Below are positions 27,292-35,769 of a stretch of 53,441 bases of DNA, piece by piece. The stretch comes from Oscillospiraceae bacterium (lineage in GTDB: Bacteria; Bacillota; Clostridia; Oscillospirales; Butyricicoccaceae). The first letter of the stretch is position 1. Every line of letters begins with the position of its first letter. Below the pieces are notes generated by a model, which was given only the letters and a program-made list of their open reading frames with translations, had not been told where the DNA came from and did not search any database. The position numbers and the translations under genes are program-made. The DNA is taken from contig JAZUBN010000021.1 of the NCBI GenBank assembly GCA_045638565.1, forward strand, positions 1-53,441. Reading direction: 5' to 3'.

Positions 27292-28673
27292 TGGCTAATA
27301 TGTCTCTTACAAAATTGCCAATGCCTGAACAGGATCCATTGGTACGTAACAAAAACTTTGAAGAAGTTGCTCTCGGCTACACAGCTGAAATGGCTATGGA
27401 AGAAGCTACACGTTGCCTCAACTGTAAGCACAAGCCATGCGTAAGCGGTTGCCCAGTTAATGTTAAGATCCCAGAATTCATCGCTAAGGTTGCTGAAGGT
27501 AAGTTCGTAGAAGCTTACGAAATTATCTCCGAAACATCTGCTCTCCCAGCAGTTTGCGGCCGTGTTTGCCCACAGGAATCCCAGTGTGAAGGCAAGTGTA
27601 TCCGTGGCGTTAAGGGCGAACCAGTTGCTATCGGTCGTCTCGAACGTTTCGTTGCTGACTACGTAATGGTAAACGGCGGCGCTAAGGTTACAAAGGCTGA
27701 ACCAAACGGCCATAAGGTTGCTGTTCTCGGTGCTGGCCCTGCAGGTCTCACAGCTGCTGGTGACCTTGCTCGTATGGGTTACGATGTAACAATCTTCGAA
27801 GCATTCCACAAGGCTGGTGGCGTTCTCGTTTACGGTATCCCACAGTTCCGTCTTCCTAAGGAAATCGTTCAGAAGGAAGTTGACAAGCTTATCGAAATGG
27901 GCGTTAAGGTTGAACTCAACGTTCTCGGTGGTAAGGCTATCACAGTTCAGGAACTCTTCGAAATGGGCTTTGAATCTGTATTCGTAGGTACAGGTGCTGG
28001 TCTCCCAATCTTCATGAACATCCCAGGCGAATCCCTTAACGGTGTTTACTCCGCTAACGAATTCCTCACACGTATCAACCTCATGAAGGCTTACAAGCCA
28101 GAATACGACACACCAACTAAGTACCATAAGGTAGTTGCTGTTGTTGGTGGCGGTAACGTTGCAATGGACGCAGCTCGCTGCGCAAAGCGTCTCGGCGCTG
28201 AAGTTCACGTTATCTACCGTCGTGGCATGGAAGAAATGCCTGCACGTGCTGAAGAAGTTCACCACGCTATCGAAGAAGAAGTTATCTTCGATACACTCTG
28301 CAACCCAGTTCAGATCCTCGGTGACGAAAACGGCGTTGTTAACGGCGTAGAATGCATCCGTATGGAACTCGGCGAACCAGACGAAAGAGGCCGCCGTCGT
28401 CCAATCGAAATCCCAGGCTCCAACTTCGTTCTCCCAGTAGACGCAGTTATTATGTCCCTCGGTACAAACCCTAACCCAATCATGAAGGACAACACACCTG
28501 GTCTCGAAACAAACAAGAAGGGCTGCATCGTAGCTAACGAAGATGGTCTCACATCTATCGAAGGCGTTTACGCTGGCGGCGACGCAGTAACAGGTGCTGC
28601 TACAGTTATCCTCGCTATGGGTGCTGGTAAGACAGCTGCTGCTGCTATCCACGAATACATCTCCAAGAAGTAA
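27291..28673 (+). CDS. nfnB: NADPH-dependent glutamate synthase-like oxidoreductase (NfnB-type large subunit)
   Basis: 460 aa. Cys clusters CLNCKHKPCVSGCPV and CGRVCPQESQCEGKC. Two dinucleotide folds, VLGAGPAGL and VVGGGNVAMD. The start overlaps the nfnA stop (TAATG). Confidence 0.82.
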   Translation: MANMSLTKLPMPEQDPLVRNKNFEEVALGYTAEMAMEEATRCLNCKHKPCVSGCPVNVKIPEFIAKVAEGKFVEAYEIISETSALPAVCGRVCPQESQCEGKCIRGVKGEPVAIGRLERFVADYVMVNGGAKVTKAEPNGHKVAVLGAGPAGLTAAGDLARMGYDVTIFEAFHKAGGVLVYGIPQFRLPKEIVQKEVDKLIEMGVKVELNVLGGKAITVQELFEMGFESVFVGTGAGLPIFMNIPGESLNGVYSANEFLTRINLMKAYKPEYDTPTKYHKVVAVVGGGNVAMDAARCAKRLGAEVHVIYRRGMEEMPARAEEVHHAIEEEVIFDTLCNPVQILGDENGVVNGVECIRMELGEPDERGRRRPIEIPGSNFVLPVDAVIMSLGTNPNPIMKDNTPGLETNKKGCIVANEDGLTSIEGVYAGGDAVTGAATVILAMGAGKTAAAAIHEYISKK

Positions 28674-28703
28674 TTCTTCACGACTTACATAATGGATAAT
28701 ATT

Positions 28704-28734
28704 AAGGACTCTCCGTAAGGAGAGTCCTTTTTGT
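28704..28734 (+). terminator. rho-independent terminator after nfnB
   Basis: AAGGACTCTCC-gtaa-GGAGAGTCCTT followed by TTTTG. Confidence 0.85.
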
Positions 28735-28744
28735 GTATTTAATC

Positions 28745-28775
28745 TGTAGGGACCGACGTCCTCGGCGGTCCGCAG
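28745..28775 (+). repeat. family-B REP-like element
   Basis: TGTAGGGACCGACG-tcct-CGGCGGTCCGCAG. Confidence 0.8.
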
Positions 28776-28790
28776 AATTTCTTAACTAAA

Positions 28791-28819
28791 TGTAGGGTGC
28801 GGCGCCCTCGACGCACCGC
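28791..28819 (+). repeat. family-B REP-like element
   Basis: TGTAGGGTGCG-gcgccctcga-CGCACCGC. Confidence 0.8.
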
Positions 28820-28833
28820 TTATTTAATACATA

Positions 28834-28861
28834 CAAAAAGGACACCCTTGTGGATGTCCTT
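28834..28861 (-). terminator. terminator of the minus-strand methyltransferase gene
   Basis: On the minus strand this reads AAGGACA-tccacaaggg-TGTCCTT followed by TTTTTG. Confidence 0.7.
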
Positions 28862-28870
28862 AATTTTATT

Positions 28871-29629
28871 CTACTTTTGTGCTGCAATCATATATCTGTG
28901 TGTCGTACCTTCGACATAACCATCTTTTTCAATTATTTCCTGCATTTTCAGCAGATTATCAAGGCAATTTTCCACAGAAAATCCCGGAAACTCCCACTCT
29001 ATAATGCGTGCAAACCAGACAAAAGCACCAATATCATAAAATCTCATCGGACGAAAAGCTTCTCCTTCTTCGAGAATCGTAAAGCCTGCATTTTCAAAAT
29101 CCGCCTTCTGCTGAGCAAGATTAAGCCCTTCAAACTGCTTAGGAGTACCTGGCATAGCAAGCTCTACAAGCTGACGGTCGTTGTCCTCGCCCACCTGCTG
29201 AGTGATGAAAATGCCGCCCTTTTTCAGCAGACGATGAATTTCACGAGGGTCAAAACTGCCGTGTCGATTTATAATTATATCAAAACTGTCATTCTCAAAA
29301 GGAATAGCCGAAGGATTGTCACAAGGGCGGAAATCTATTCCGAGAGGAAGCAAAACCTCCTTGCAAAGCTCAACATTGGGAGGGAAACCCTCTGTAGCTG
29401 CCGTGTTTTCGTGTGGATGACCGAGAGAAAGCAAAAATTCGCCGCCGCCCGTGTCATAATCGAGAAGCTTCATATCATTTTTGAGATATTTTTTAATCAG
29501 TTCACGATAATCCCACGGAAAGCTGGTGTCCTCAGAATAGCGCCCTTCAATATGGGAAAAATCCCAGCCGTGAATATGAGCAACTTCCTCCTCAGCCTTC
29601 CATTGTGCTATCAGTTTATTTCTATTCAT
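28871..29629 (-). CDS. class I SAM-dependent methyltransferase
   Basis: 252 aa from the internal ATG 29629. The upstream part of the track ORF runs through a repeat. Motif I is LLDYDTGGGEF. Confidence 0.75.
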   Translation of the reverse strand: MNRNKLIAQWKAEEEVAHIHGWDFSHIEGRYSEDTSFPWDYRELIKKYLKNDMKLLDYDTGGGEFLLSLGHPHENTAATEGFPPNVELCKEVLLPLGIDFRPCDNPSAIPFENDSFDIIINRHGSFDPREIHRLLKKGGIFITQQVGEDNDRQLVELAMPGTPKQFEGLNLAQQKADFENAGFTILEEGEAFRPMRFYDIGAFVWFARIIEWEFPGFSVENCLDNLLKMQEIIEKDGYVEGTTHRYMIAAQK

Positions 29630-29651
29630 CGAAAAGCTTACCTTTCTGAAA

Positions 29652-29702
29652 TGTAGGGGAGGCGTTTCGCCTCCCGCGGGCGGGGTGACCCCGCACCTAC
29701 AG
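29652..29702. repeat. pair of family-B units in opposite orientation sharing CCGCGG
   Basis: The forward unit is TGTAGGGGAGGCG-ttt-CGCCTCCCGCGG. The reverse complement of 29674-29702 reads CTGTAGGTGCGGGG-tca-CCCCGCCCGCGG. The pair therefore has TGTAGG...CCTACA ends. Confidence 0.75.
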
Positions 29703-29725
29703 TATTTATATGCATATGTTATTAA

Positions 29726-29758
29726 CACAAAAAAGACCGCAGAAATCCCGCGGTCTTT
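29726..29758 (-). terminator. terminator after the pxp operon / zinc-ribbon gene
   Basis: On the minus strand this reads AAAGACCGC-gggatttct-GCGGTCTTTTTTG. Confidence 0.75.
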
Positions 29759-29761
29759 GAT

Positions 29762-30073
29762 TTATTCTTCAAAATCTTCGCCAAACATAAGGTCGGAAAT
29801 TTCGTTTGCCAGATTTACAGCACCATAAGGTATATAAATCTGCAGCTGTTCGCTCAGCATACCCAGCTTTGCGGTCAGCCCCGCGCCCATAACAGGCTTA
29901 CTGGCAGCATCAACACCATTGTCGCGGAGCGCATCGATGAACATTTCTGCCCACATCTGCTCACGCACGGCAAAAAGAACATAATCGTGAGCCTCGGGAA
30001 CACGAAGTTCACCCCTGCAGGCAGGACAGACTTCGCCGCCTGCGAGAATATGGCATTTTTCGCAATATTTCAT
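29762..30073 (-). CDS. hypothetical protein, N-terminal CxxC-x10-CxxC zinc ribbon (possibly DUF2007-like)
   Basis: 103 aa. MKYCEKCHILAGGEVCPACRG. RBS AGGAGG. The start lies 11 nt after the pxpC stop, so it is probably co-transcribed. Confidence 0.6.
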   Translation of the reverse strand: MKYCEKCHILAGGEVCPACRGELRVPEAHDYVLFAVREQMWAEMFIDALRDNGVDAASKPVMGAGLTAKLGMLSEQLQIYIPYGAVNLANEISDLMFGEDFEE

Positions 30074-30083
30074 AGGAAACCTC

Positions 30084-31091
30084 CTACTCGCTCAGTTCGA
30101 CCTCAAACTTCATATCATTTACTTCGACAACAAACTTTCTTGGCGGATAAACGGCCGTCAGCTTTGCTTCAAGCTCATCGAGAATCGCCTTTTTAGCCTT
30201 GAAAATCTCATGGGATTCATTAACAGAAATAGCCTTGAAACGCACCTTGCCGCCAACGGCACACTGAACAAGCTTGTCGAGGTCGGATGAAATTACGGTA
30301 GCAATCTTTGTGTAGCCACCTGCTGTCTGACGGTCAGCCAGCATAACGATAGGCATACCATGCTTTGGCACCTGAACAGCGCCAACACAGATACCATCGG
30401 AAATGATGTCACTGCCGTTTTTTGTGGCAACTGCATCACCCGAAAGGCGACAGACCATACGATCAAACTCACTTGTAACAGTATATTCAGCCGAAAGGAA
30501 AGTGCCGATGCCTTCCTCTGTGAAATGGTCATCCTGAGGACCGAGCACAACGCGGAGAGCAATCTCACTTGCATAATCATTGCGTCTGAAGTGGCGCAGT
30601 TTCATATTAGCAAGCTTGAAAATATTGTCGCAAAGACGGATTTTGTCGCCTGATGCCAGCTTTCTGCCATCAAGACCGCCGATTTTAGCCTTCATATATG
30701 TGGAACGGCTGCCCATAACAAGAGGAATGTCCATTCCGCCTGCAAAGGCAACATAGCAGTAATTGCCATTGTCGGAAGCGCCGAAAGAAAGCACATCGCC
30801 GTTTCTGATAACGACAGCCTCATTCATAGGCACAGGCTTTTTGTTGACAGTCGGCTTCATATCAGCGCCTGTGATGGCAATAATTGCAGGACCGTCAAAT
30901 TCAAGAGTTGCGCCCATCATAAGCATTTCAAGGCAGGCTTCATTACGGTTGTTGCCCACTAAAATGTTGGCAAGATTAAGGGAAAACATATCCATCGCGC
31001 CCGAAACAGGCACACCGGAAGCCTGATAGCCATAGCGTCCCGCGTCCTGAATTGTGGTGGAAATGCCCGGATTTTTAACGATAAATCCCAT
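30084..31091 (-). CDS. pxpC: 5-oxoprolinase subunit C (KipA / allophanate hydrolase subunit 2 family)
   Basis: 335 aa from ATG 31091 (RBS AAAGGGG). MGFIVKNPGISTTIQDAGRYGYQASGVPVSGAMD. Confidence 0.85.
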   Translation of the reverse strand: MGFIVKNPGISTTIQDAGRYGYQASGVPVSGAMDMFSLNLANILVGNNRNEACLEMLMMGATLEFDGPAIIAITGADMKPTVNKKPVPMNEAVVIRNGDVLSFGASDNGNYCYVAFAGGMDIPLVMGSRSTYMKAKIGGLDGRKLASGDKIRLCDNIFKLANMKLRHFRRNDYASEIALRVVLGPQDDHFTEEGIGTFLSAEYTVTSEFDRMVCRLSGDAVATKNGSDIISDGICVGAVQVPKHGMPIVMLADRQTAGGYTKIATVISSDLDKLVQCAVGGKVRFKAISVNESHEIFKAKKAILDELEAKLTAVYPPRKFVVEVNDMKFEVELSE

Positions 31092-31092
31092 A

Positions 31093-31818
31093 TTACACAC
31101 CCCTTTCACGCATCTTGCAGAGGTAAACGCCCTTGTCAGCCTGCTCTTTTATCTTAAAATATTCTTCCTTTGAAACAGGGACAAACTTGAGATAGTTGCC
31201 GCTCTTGAGAAGGACAGGATTTTCTCTCTCCATATCGAAAAGCTTTACAGGAGTCTTGCCGATAAGACGCCAGCCGCCAGGGGAATCGACAGAATAAATG
31301 CCTGTCTGACTGCCTGCGATACCAACGCTGCCCGCCTCGATTTTCACACGAGGATTGTCGAGACGAGGGGTTGCGATGGAATTATCCATACCGCCAAGGT
31401 AAGGGAAGCCCGGAGTAAAGCCAATCATATAAATAAGGTATTCAGGCTCGGAATGGATTTTGATGACTTCTTCCACAGTCTTGCCGTTGTGCTGAGCCAC
31501 AAACTCAAGGTCAGGGCCGCACTCAGAGGAATACCATACAGGAATTTCAATAACATAAGGATTTGTAACGCTCAGACCGATTTCCGACTCAAGAAGCTCA
31601 TCAATGAGGGAAGTGAGGCTTTCAAGGTCGAGCACTGCAGGGTCATAGTAAACCGAAACAGAGCGGTATGTAGGCATGGTTTCGATAATGCCGTTGACGT
31701 TGAGAGTCTTCAGCATATCGCACAGACGTGTGACACGGGAATTGATGGCAGGAGAAATCTCATTGCCGAATTCCACAGTCAGACCTGTGTCACCAAGAGG
31801 TAAATATCTTACATCCAT
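31093..31818 (-). CDS. pxpB: 5-oxoprolinase subunit B (KipI family)
   Basis: 241 aa. LPLGDTGLTVEFGNEI...PTYRSVSVYYDP...GFTPGFPYLGG. Confidence 0.85.
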   Translation of the reverse strand: MDVRYLPLGDTGLTVEFGNEISPAINSRVTRLCDMLKTLNVNGIIETMPTYRSVSVYYDPAVLDLESLTSLIDELLESEIGLSVTNPYVIEIPVWYSSECGPDLEFVAQHNGKTVEEVIKIHSEPEYLIYMIGFTPGFPYLGGMDNSIATPRLDNPRVKIEAGSVGIAGSQTGIYSVDSPGGWRLIGKTPVKLFDMERENPVLLKSGNYLKFVPVSKEEYFKIKEQADKGVYLCKMRERGV

Positions 31819-32585
31819 CAGACAATTTCTCCTACAGGAACGATTTCGATGCCTTCAGCAAGGAGGGCAGCCTTGATTTTTGTAACGAATTCAACAGCCT
31901 TAGGATTGTCGCCGTGTACACAGACAGAATCAGCCTTGATTTCGATGTCTTCGCCTGTATTTGTCTTGACCTTGCCTTCCTTGATCATGCGGATAACACG
32001 GTCGATAGCTTCCTTTTCATCGTGGATGAATGCACCAGGTTCAGAACGAGGAACGAGAGTGCCCTCAGCAGTATAGCCGCGGTCAGCGAATACTTCACTT
32101 GCAACACGCAAGCCTACATCCACGCCTGCCTTGAGCATCTGGGAGCCGGATGGAGCCATAAGAATGATATTCTTGTCCACTTCATAAATCGCATCAGCAA
32201 TAGCCTTTGCAAGATTATAGTCTACACCTGCCATATTGTAAAGAGCGCCGTGAGGCTTTACATGCTGAATCTTTAAGTCGCGTGCAGTTGTGAAAGCCAT
32301 AAGAGCGCCAAGCTGATATTTGACATAAGTCTTTGCTTCAAGCGGTGTGATCTTCATATTGCGTCTGCCGAAGCCGAGAAGATCAGGGAAGCCAGGATGA
32401 GCGCCAATAGCAGTGTTGAACTGCTTGCAGTAGTCAACTGTTTTTTCCATAACCATAGGGTCGCCGCCGTGATAGCCACAGGCAACGTTTGCCGAAGTGA
32501 CATGCTTTATAACTTCTTCGTCCATACCGATGGTGTAGTTGCCGAAGCTTTCGCCGAGGTCAGAATTAAGGTCGATTCTATACAT
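31818..32585 (-). CDS. pxpA: 5-oxoprolinase subunit A (LamB/YcsF family)
   Basis: 255 aa from ATG 32585 (RBS AAGGAG). [12 protein letters not shown]...ACGYHGGDP. The stop overlaps the pxpB start (TGATG). Confidence 0.88.
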   Translation of the reverse strand: MYRIDLNSDLGESFGNYTIGMDEEVIKHVTSANVACGYHGGDPMVMEKTVDYCKQFNTAIGAHPGFPDLLGFGRRNMKITPLEAKTYVKYQLGALMAFTTARDLKIQHVKPHGALYNMAGVDYNLAKAIADAIYEVDKNIILMAPSGSQMLKAGVDVGLRVASEVFADRGYTAEGTLVPRSEPGAFIHDEKEAIDRVIRMIKEGKVKTNTGEDIEIKADSVCVHGDNPKAVEFVTKIKAALLAEGIEIVPVGEIV

Positions 32586-32621
32586 GATATTTCTCCTTTT
32601 CAAGGTATTTATTATGACTTT

Positions 32622-32650
32622 ATTGTATCACAAACGCATCAAATGTTCAA
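32622..32650 (-). promoter_or_regulatory. candidate pxp operon promoter (TTGAAC-17-TACAAT on the minus strand)
   Basis: The reverse complement shows TTGAAC (32650-32645), a 17-nt spacer, and TACAAT (32627-32622). Confidence 0.5.
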
Positions 32651-32657
32651 TAGAAAA

Positions 32658-32682
32658 TGTAGGGGCGACCATTGGTCGTCCG
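32658..32682 (+). repeat. family-B REP-like element
   Basis: TGTAGGGGCGACCA-tt-GGTCGTCCG. Identical in core to 42961-42985. It lies in an intergenic region transcribed only from the minus strand. Confidence 0.8.
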
Positions 32683-32694
32683 AAATATAAATTG

Positions 32695-32720
32695 AAAAAG
32701 GCACCCGAAACGGATGCCTT
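32695..32720 (-). terminator. terminator of mscL
   Basis: On the minus strand this reads AAGGCATCCG-ttt-CGGGTGCCTTTTTC. Confidence 0.75.
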
Positions 32721-32731
32721 TATGTATTAAA

Positions 32732-33151
32732 TTACTTCTTGAGAAGGTCGCGGATTTCTGTGAGAAGTTCTTCTGTTGTAGGACCTGCTGGTGGTGGAGG
32801 TGGAGCTGGTTCTTCCTTCTTCTTGAGGTTGTTCATAATCTTGACAAAGATGAAGATGGAAAGAGCGATGAGGAGGAAGTCAACTACATTCTGGATAAAG
32901 TTGCCGTAAAGAACAGCAGCTTCAGGAGTTACAACTTCGCCTGCTTCGTTGAGAACTGCAGGGGAGAGCACCCACTTGAATGCCTTGAAATCCATACCAC
33001 CGATGAGAGCACCGAGCATTGGCATTACAACATCGTTTACGAGAGATGTTACGATTTTACCGAAAGCGCCGCCGATGATAACACCGACTGCCATGTCAAC
33101 TACGTTGCCCTTGAAGGCAAACTTCTTGAATTCTTCAATCATTTTCTTCAT
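32732..33151 (-). CDS. mscL: large-conductance mechanosensitive channel
   Basis: 139 aa. [37 protein letters not shown]. Confidence 0.93.
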   Translation of the reverse strand: MKKMIEEFKKFAFKGNVVDMAVGVIIGGAFGKIVTSLVNDVVMPMLGALIGGMDFKAFKWVLSPAVLNEAGEVVTPEAAVLYGNFIQNVVDFLLIALSIFIFVKIMNNLKKKEEPAPPPPPAGPTTEELLTEIRDLLKK

Positions 33152-33155
33152 TGTG

Positions 33156-33659
33156 TTATTCCTCCACTATAACTTTCATAATTTCGCCAACATAGACGTC
33201 GTGCCAGTCCTTTTCAGGATAATTCTTGTTCATTACATCCTTATCGAGGAAGCAGTTTTCTTCAAGTGGCTGACGGTACATCTTGCGGCAGACGATAGTC
33301 ACGCGAGCTTCCTTAAAGCATGGTGTGCCATCGATAAACTCAACAGTAAGCCCTGCCTTTGCAATCTTGTCCTCATCTCTGCCCGAAACTGTGCCGAGAT
33401 AGGAAAGCTGCTTGCGCCATTCTTCTGTGAAGAAGGTGAGGGAGAATGTGTTTTCGTTATCTACAAAGCCCTTTGTATAGCGCTGAGGTCTGACGAAAAT
33501 AAAGGCTACATCCTTATTCCAGAGATGACCGAAGCCGCCCCAGGATGCTGTCATTGTGTTGCACTTTTCTTCGTTGCCTGCTGTAATGAGCATCCATTCC
33601 TTGCCGACCATGTGGAAAGGGTTGCCCTGGAGCTCTTTTGCAGAAATTTCTTTCTTCAT
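33156..33659 (-). CDS. flavin reductase family protein
   Basis: 167 aa. [24 protein letters not shown]... is typical of the flavin reductase-like FMN-binding split-barrel. RBS AAGGAGGA. Confidence 0.7.
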   Translation of the reverse strand: MKKEISAKELQGNPFHMVGKEWMLITAGNEEKCNTMTASWGGFGHLWNKDVAFIFVRPQRYTKGFVDNENTFSLTFFTEEWRKQLSYLGTVSGRDEDKIAKAGLTVEFIDGTPCFKEARVTIVCRKMYRQPLEENCFLDKDVMNKNYPEKDWHDVYVGEIMKVIVEE

Positions 33660-33877
33660 AGTGTCCTCCTTGCTTTTTTATAAATTTTACCACAATTTCT
33701 GTATAAAGTCCATAGCAAATTGCATAATTTTGCAGGAAATACGCATAAGGCGCAGAGTTTCGGAATTATAAAAAATATTTTTCAATTTTATGGAACAAAA
33801 TCGAAAAAAATCAGTCTAAATATCTGTTTGCGTAAAACAGATAAATAATTAAATGTACAAATACAATGGAGGAAAAA

Positions 33878-34606
33878 ATGAACAAGAAGATTTCCGTACT
33901 TATGGCACTCACAATGGCTGTTATGATGATTATGGCTGGCTGCTCCGCTAAGGAAGAAGCAACAACAGCTGCTCCTGCAACAGAGGCAACAACAGCAGCT
34001 ACAACAGCGGCTACAACTGCTGCAACAGAGGCTACAACAGCAGCAACAGAAGCTACAACTGCTGCAACAGAAGCAGAAGAAACAACATCCGAAGCAGCAA
34101 CAGAAGCAACAACAGCAGCAACTGAAGCTACAAAGGCTACAGAAGCTAAGAACGAGCTCACAACAGCATCCACAGCTGCTACTGAAGCACCAACAGAAGC
34201 TCCAAAGCCAACAGCTAAGGCAGACCTCGTTTCCATGATGAACAAGCTCTACGATGGTCTCACACCAGGTGAAGACTGCCCAATGGTAGGCCAGATTGAA
34301 ATCGACGGCGAAAGCTCTGCATACTATGTAGGTATCGAAAATCTCCAGTGCAAGCAGGCACTCGCTTCCGAAGCTATGATCGGCGCTATCGCACATTCCC
34401 TTGTTCTTATCGAAGTAGAAGACGGCACAGACATTGCAGCACTCAAGGCTGAAATCCGTGAAAATATCAACCCAAGAAAGTGGGTTTGCGTTGGCGTTGA
34501 ACGTGACGAAGTTGTTATCGAAAACGTTGGCAACATCATCTTCGTCTGCATCGAAGCTAATATGGCTGACCACTACCGCACACAGTTCTTTAACGTTGTA
34601 AAGTAA
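33878..34606 (+). CDS. lipoprotein with Thr/Ala/Glu-rich linker and DUF4358-like C-terminal domain
   Basis: Signal peptide plus lipobox MIMAGC. About 90 aa of ATEATTAA-type repeats. C-terminal ...ASEAMIGAIAHSLVLIEVEDG...NPRKWVCV resembles DUF4358. I prefer ATG 33878 (RBS GGAGGA) over 33866. Confidence 0.6.
   Translation: MNKKISVLMALTMAVMMIMAGCSAKEEATTAAPATEATTAATTAATTAATEATTAATEATTAATEAEETTSEAATEATTAATEATKATEAKNELTTASTAATEAPTEAPKPTAKADLVSMMNKLYDGLTPGEDCPMVGQIEIDGESSAYYVGIENLQCKQALASEAMIGAIAHSLVLIEVEDGTDIAALKAEIRENINPRKWVCVGVERDEVVIENVGNIIFVCIEANMADHYRTQFFNVVK
33955..34215 (+). repeat. imperfect in-frame tandem repeat (about 21-nt period) encoding the TEATTAA linker
   Basis: Repeated gcaacagaRgcWacaacWgcWgc units are visible by eye. 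A shorter relative lies at 34666-34735 in the next gene. Confidence 0.7.
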
Positions 34607-35571
34607 TGAAGCGAATTCTTGCTCTTACACTGGCGCTTATGCTGATTTCAGGCTGTTCATCAGCTCCTGAAGCAACAACAGCGGCTACAGAAAGCACAAC
34701 AGCGGCAACAACTGCTCCGACAGAAGCAAAGGCTGAAATCGAAGTAAACTCCGAAGGCATATACGAAATCGACGGAGTGCTCTTCTCAAAGCTTTATCCT
34801 ATGGAAGAAGCTTCGGTGACAAAACTTGCCGAAAAGATTAACGCTGTTCAGGCTGAATATCTCACAGAGAACAACAAGGTGTTCGTTTCGCTCATCCCTG
34901 ACAAGAGCTATTTCTCCGATTATGACGAGAAAATCGACCATGTAAAAATGGAGGAAATGCTTAAAAACGGCATTGAAAATGGGGAATATATCTCCATCGG
35001 TGACACACTTTCTCTCGATGATTTCTATATGACAGACGGCCATTGGCGTCAGGAAAAAATCCTTGATACTGTCAATAAGCTTGGTGAAACAATGGGATTT
35101 GCTCTTGAAAAATCCGATTTTGAAGAAAATGCGATCGTGGATTTTGAGTACAGAGGTATGTATGCTCCTCTCTATGAAGGCGAAACAGAAAGTGAAGTAA
35201 TGTATTATCTCACAAATGAGCATACCGAAAATGCCGTGGTGGATAATTTCCAGAAAAAGGATTTTACAGAGGTCTATGATATGGCGATGCTTGAAACAAA
35301 AACGCCATACGATATCTTCCTCTCCGGCCCTACACCGCTGATGACTATTACAAATCCGAATGCTGAAACCGAAAAGAAGCTTGTGATTTTCCGCGATTCC
35401 TTCGCTTCCTCTCTCGTTCCGATGATGCTTGGCGAATACAGCGAAATCACACTTATCGACCTGCGCTATATGGCAAGTCAGCTTATGCCACAGCTTGTCG
35501 AATTTACAAATCAGGATGTACTCTTCCTTTATTCCGCCGCCGTGGCAAATAACAGCATAATGCTCAAGTAA
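34606..35571 (+). CDS. DHHW-family lipoprotein
   Basis: 321 aa. Lipobox LISGC, a TAATESTTAATTAPTE linker, and YMTDGHWRQ at the position of the family-defining DHHW motif. The start overlaps the previous stop (TAATG). Confidence 0.6.
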   Translation: MKRILALTLALMLISGCSSAPEATTAATESTTAATTAPTEAKAEIEVNSEGIYEIDGVLFSKLYPMEEASVTKLAEKINAVQAEYLTENNKVFVSLIPDKSYFSDYDEKIDHVKMEEMLKNGIENGEYISIGDTLSLDDFYMTDGHWRQEKILDTVNKLGETMGFALEKSDFEENAIVDFEYRGMYAPLYEGETESEVMYYLTNEHTENAVVDNFQKKDFTEVYDMAMLETKTPYDIFLSGPTPLMTITNPNAETEKKLVIFRDSFASSLVPMMLGEYSEITLIDLRYMASQLMPQLVEFTNQDVLFLYSAAVANNSIMLK

Positions 35572-35600
35572 ATAAAAATCTCTTCCATTTCCCACATCCT

Positions 35601-35651
35601 GCCTCCCCTTGTCAGGGGAGGGGGACCATCGGAACTATGGTGGAAGGGTAG
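35601..35651 (+). repeat. family-A repeat, copy A6 (CCTCCCC subtype)
   Basis: GCCTCCCC-ttgtca-GGGGAGG, ACCAT-cggaact-ATGGT, tail GGAAGGGTAG. Confidence 0.75.
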
Positions 35652-35652
35652 T

Positions 35653-35682
35653 AAAAAAGCCATCCGTAAGGGTGGCTTTTTC
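35653..35682 (+). terminator. rho-independent terminator
   Basis: AAAAAGCCATCC-gtaa-GGGTGGCTTTTT. Confidence 0.75.
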
Positions 35683-35769
35683 TATACTGTCAAATAAATG
35701 ACACAGCTTGCCATTATATTCATTGTATGTTATCATATAATCATAATAAATAATCCACAGGAGGCTATT

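Noticed and set aside
1715-28652. Many very long antisense ORFs in the track. Examples are 1715-3526 (-), 3435-5057 (-), 18910-20061 (-), 20161-21363 (-), 21563-22489 (-), 23649-25205 (-), 25199-26443 (-), 26407-27264 (-) and 27288-28652 (-). Also 44576-46144 (+), 28850-29656 (+) and 42975-43757 (+).
   Set aside because: Each mirrors a confidently identified conserved gene on the other strand. Their products are Cys/Val/Phe-rich nonsense without domains, and they lack ribosome-binding sites. They are shadow ORFs created by the strong codon bias of the real genes, which avoids antisense stop codons.
30084-30180. The C-terminal ~30 residues of PxpC (...KFVVEVNDMKFEVELSE) as a fused biotinyl/lipoyl-like carrier segment.
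   Set aside because: It is far too short for a carrier domain, has no MKM/AMKM motif, and the total length is normal for the family.
33788-34573. A 261-aa minus-strand ORF with striking poly-Cys/Ser/Phe runs that could be mistaken for a Cys-rich peptide precursor.
   Set aside because: It is the antisense reading of the GCA/GCT/ACA tandem repeats that encode the Thr/Ala/Glu linker of the + strand lipoprotein. It has no RBS and no independent support.
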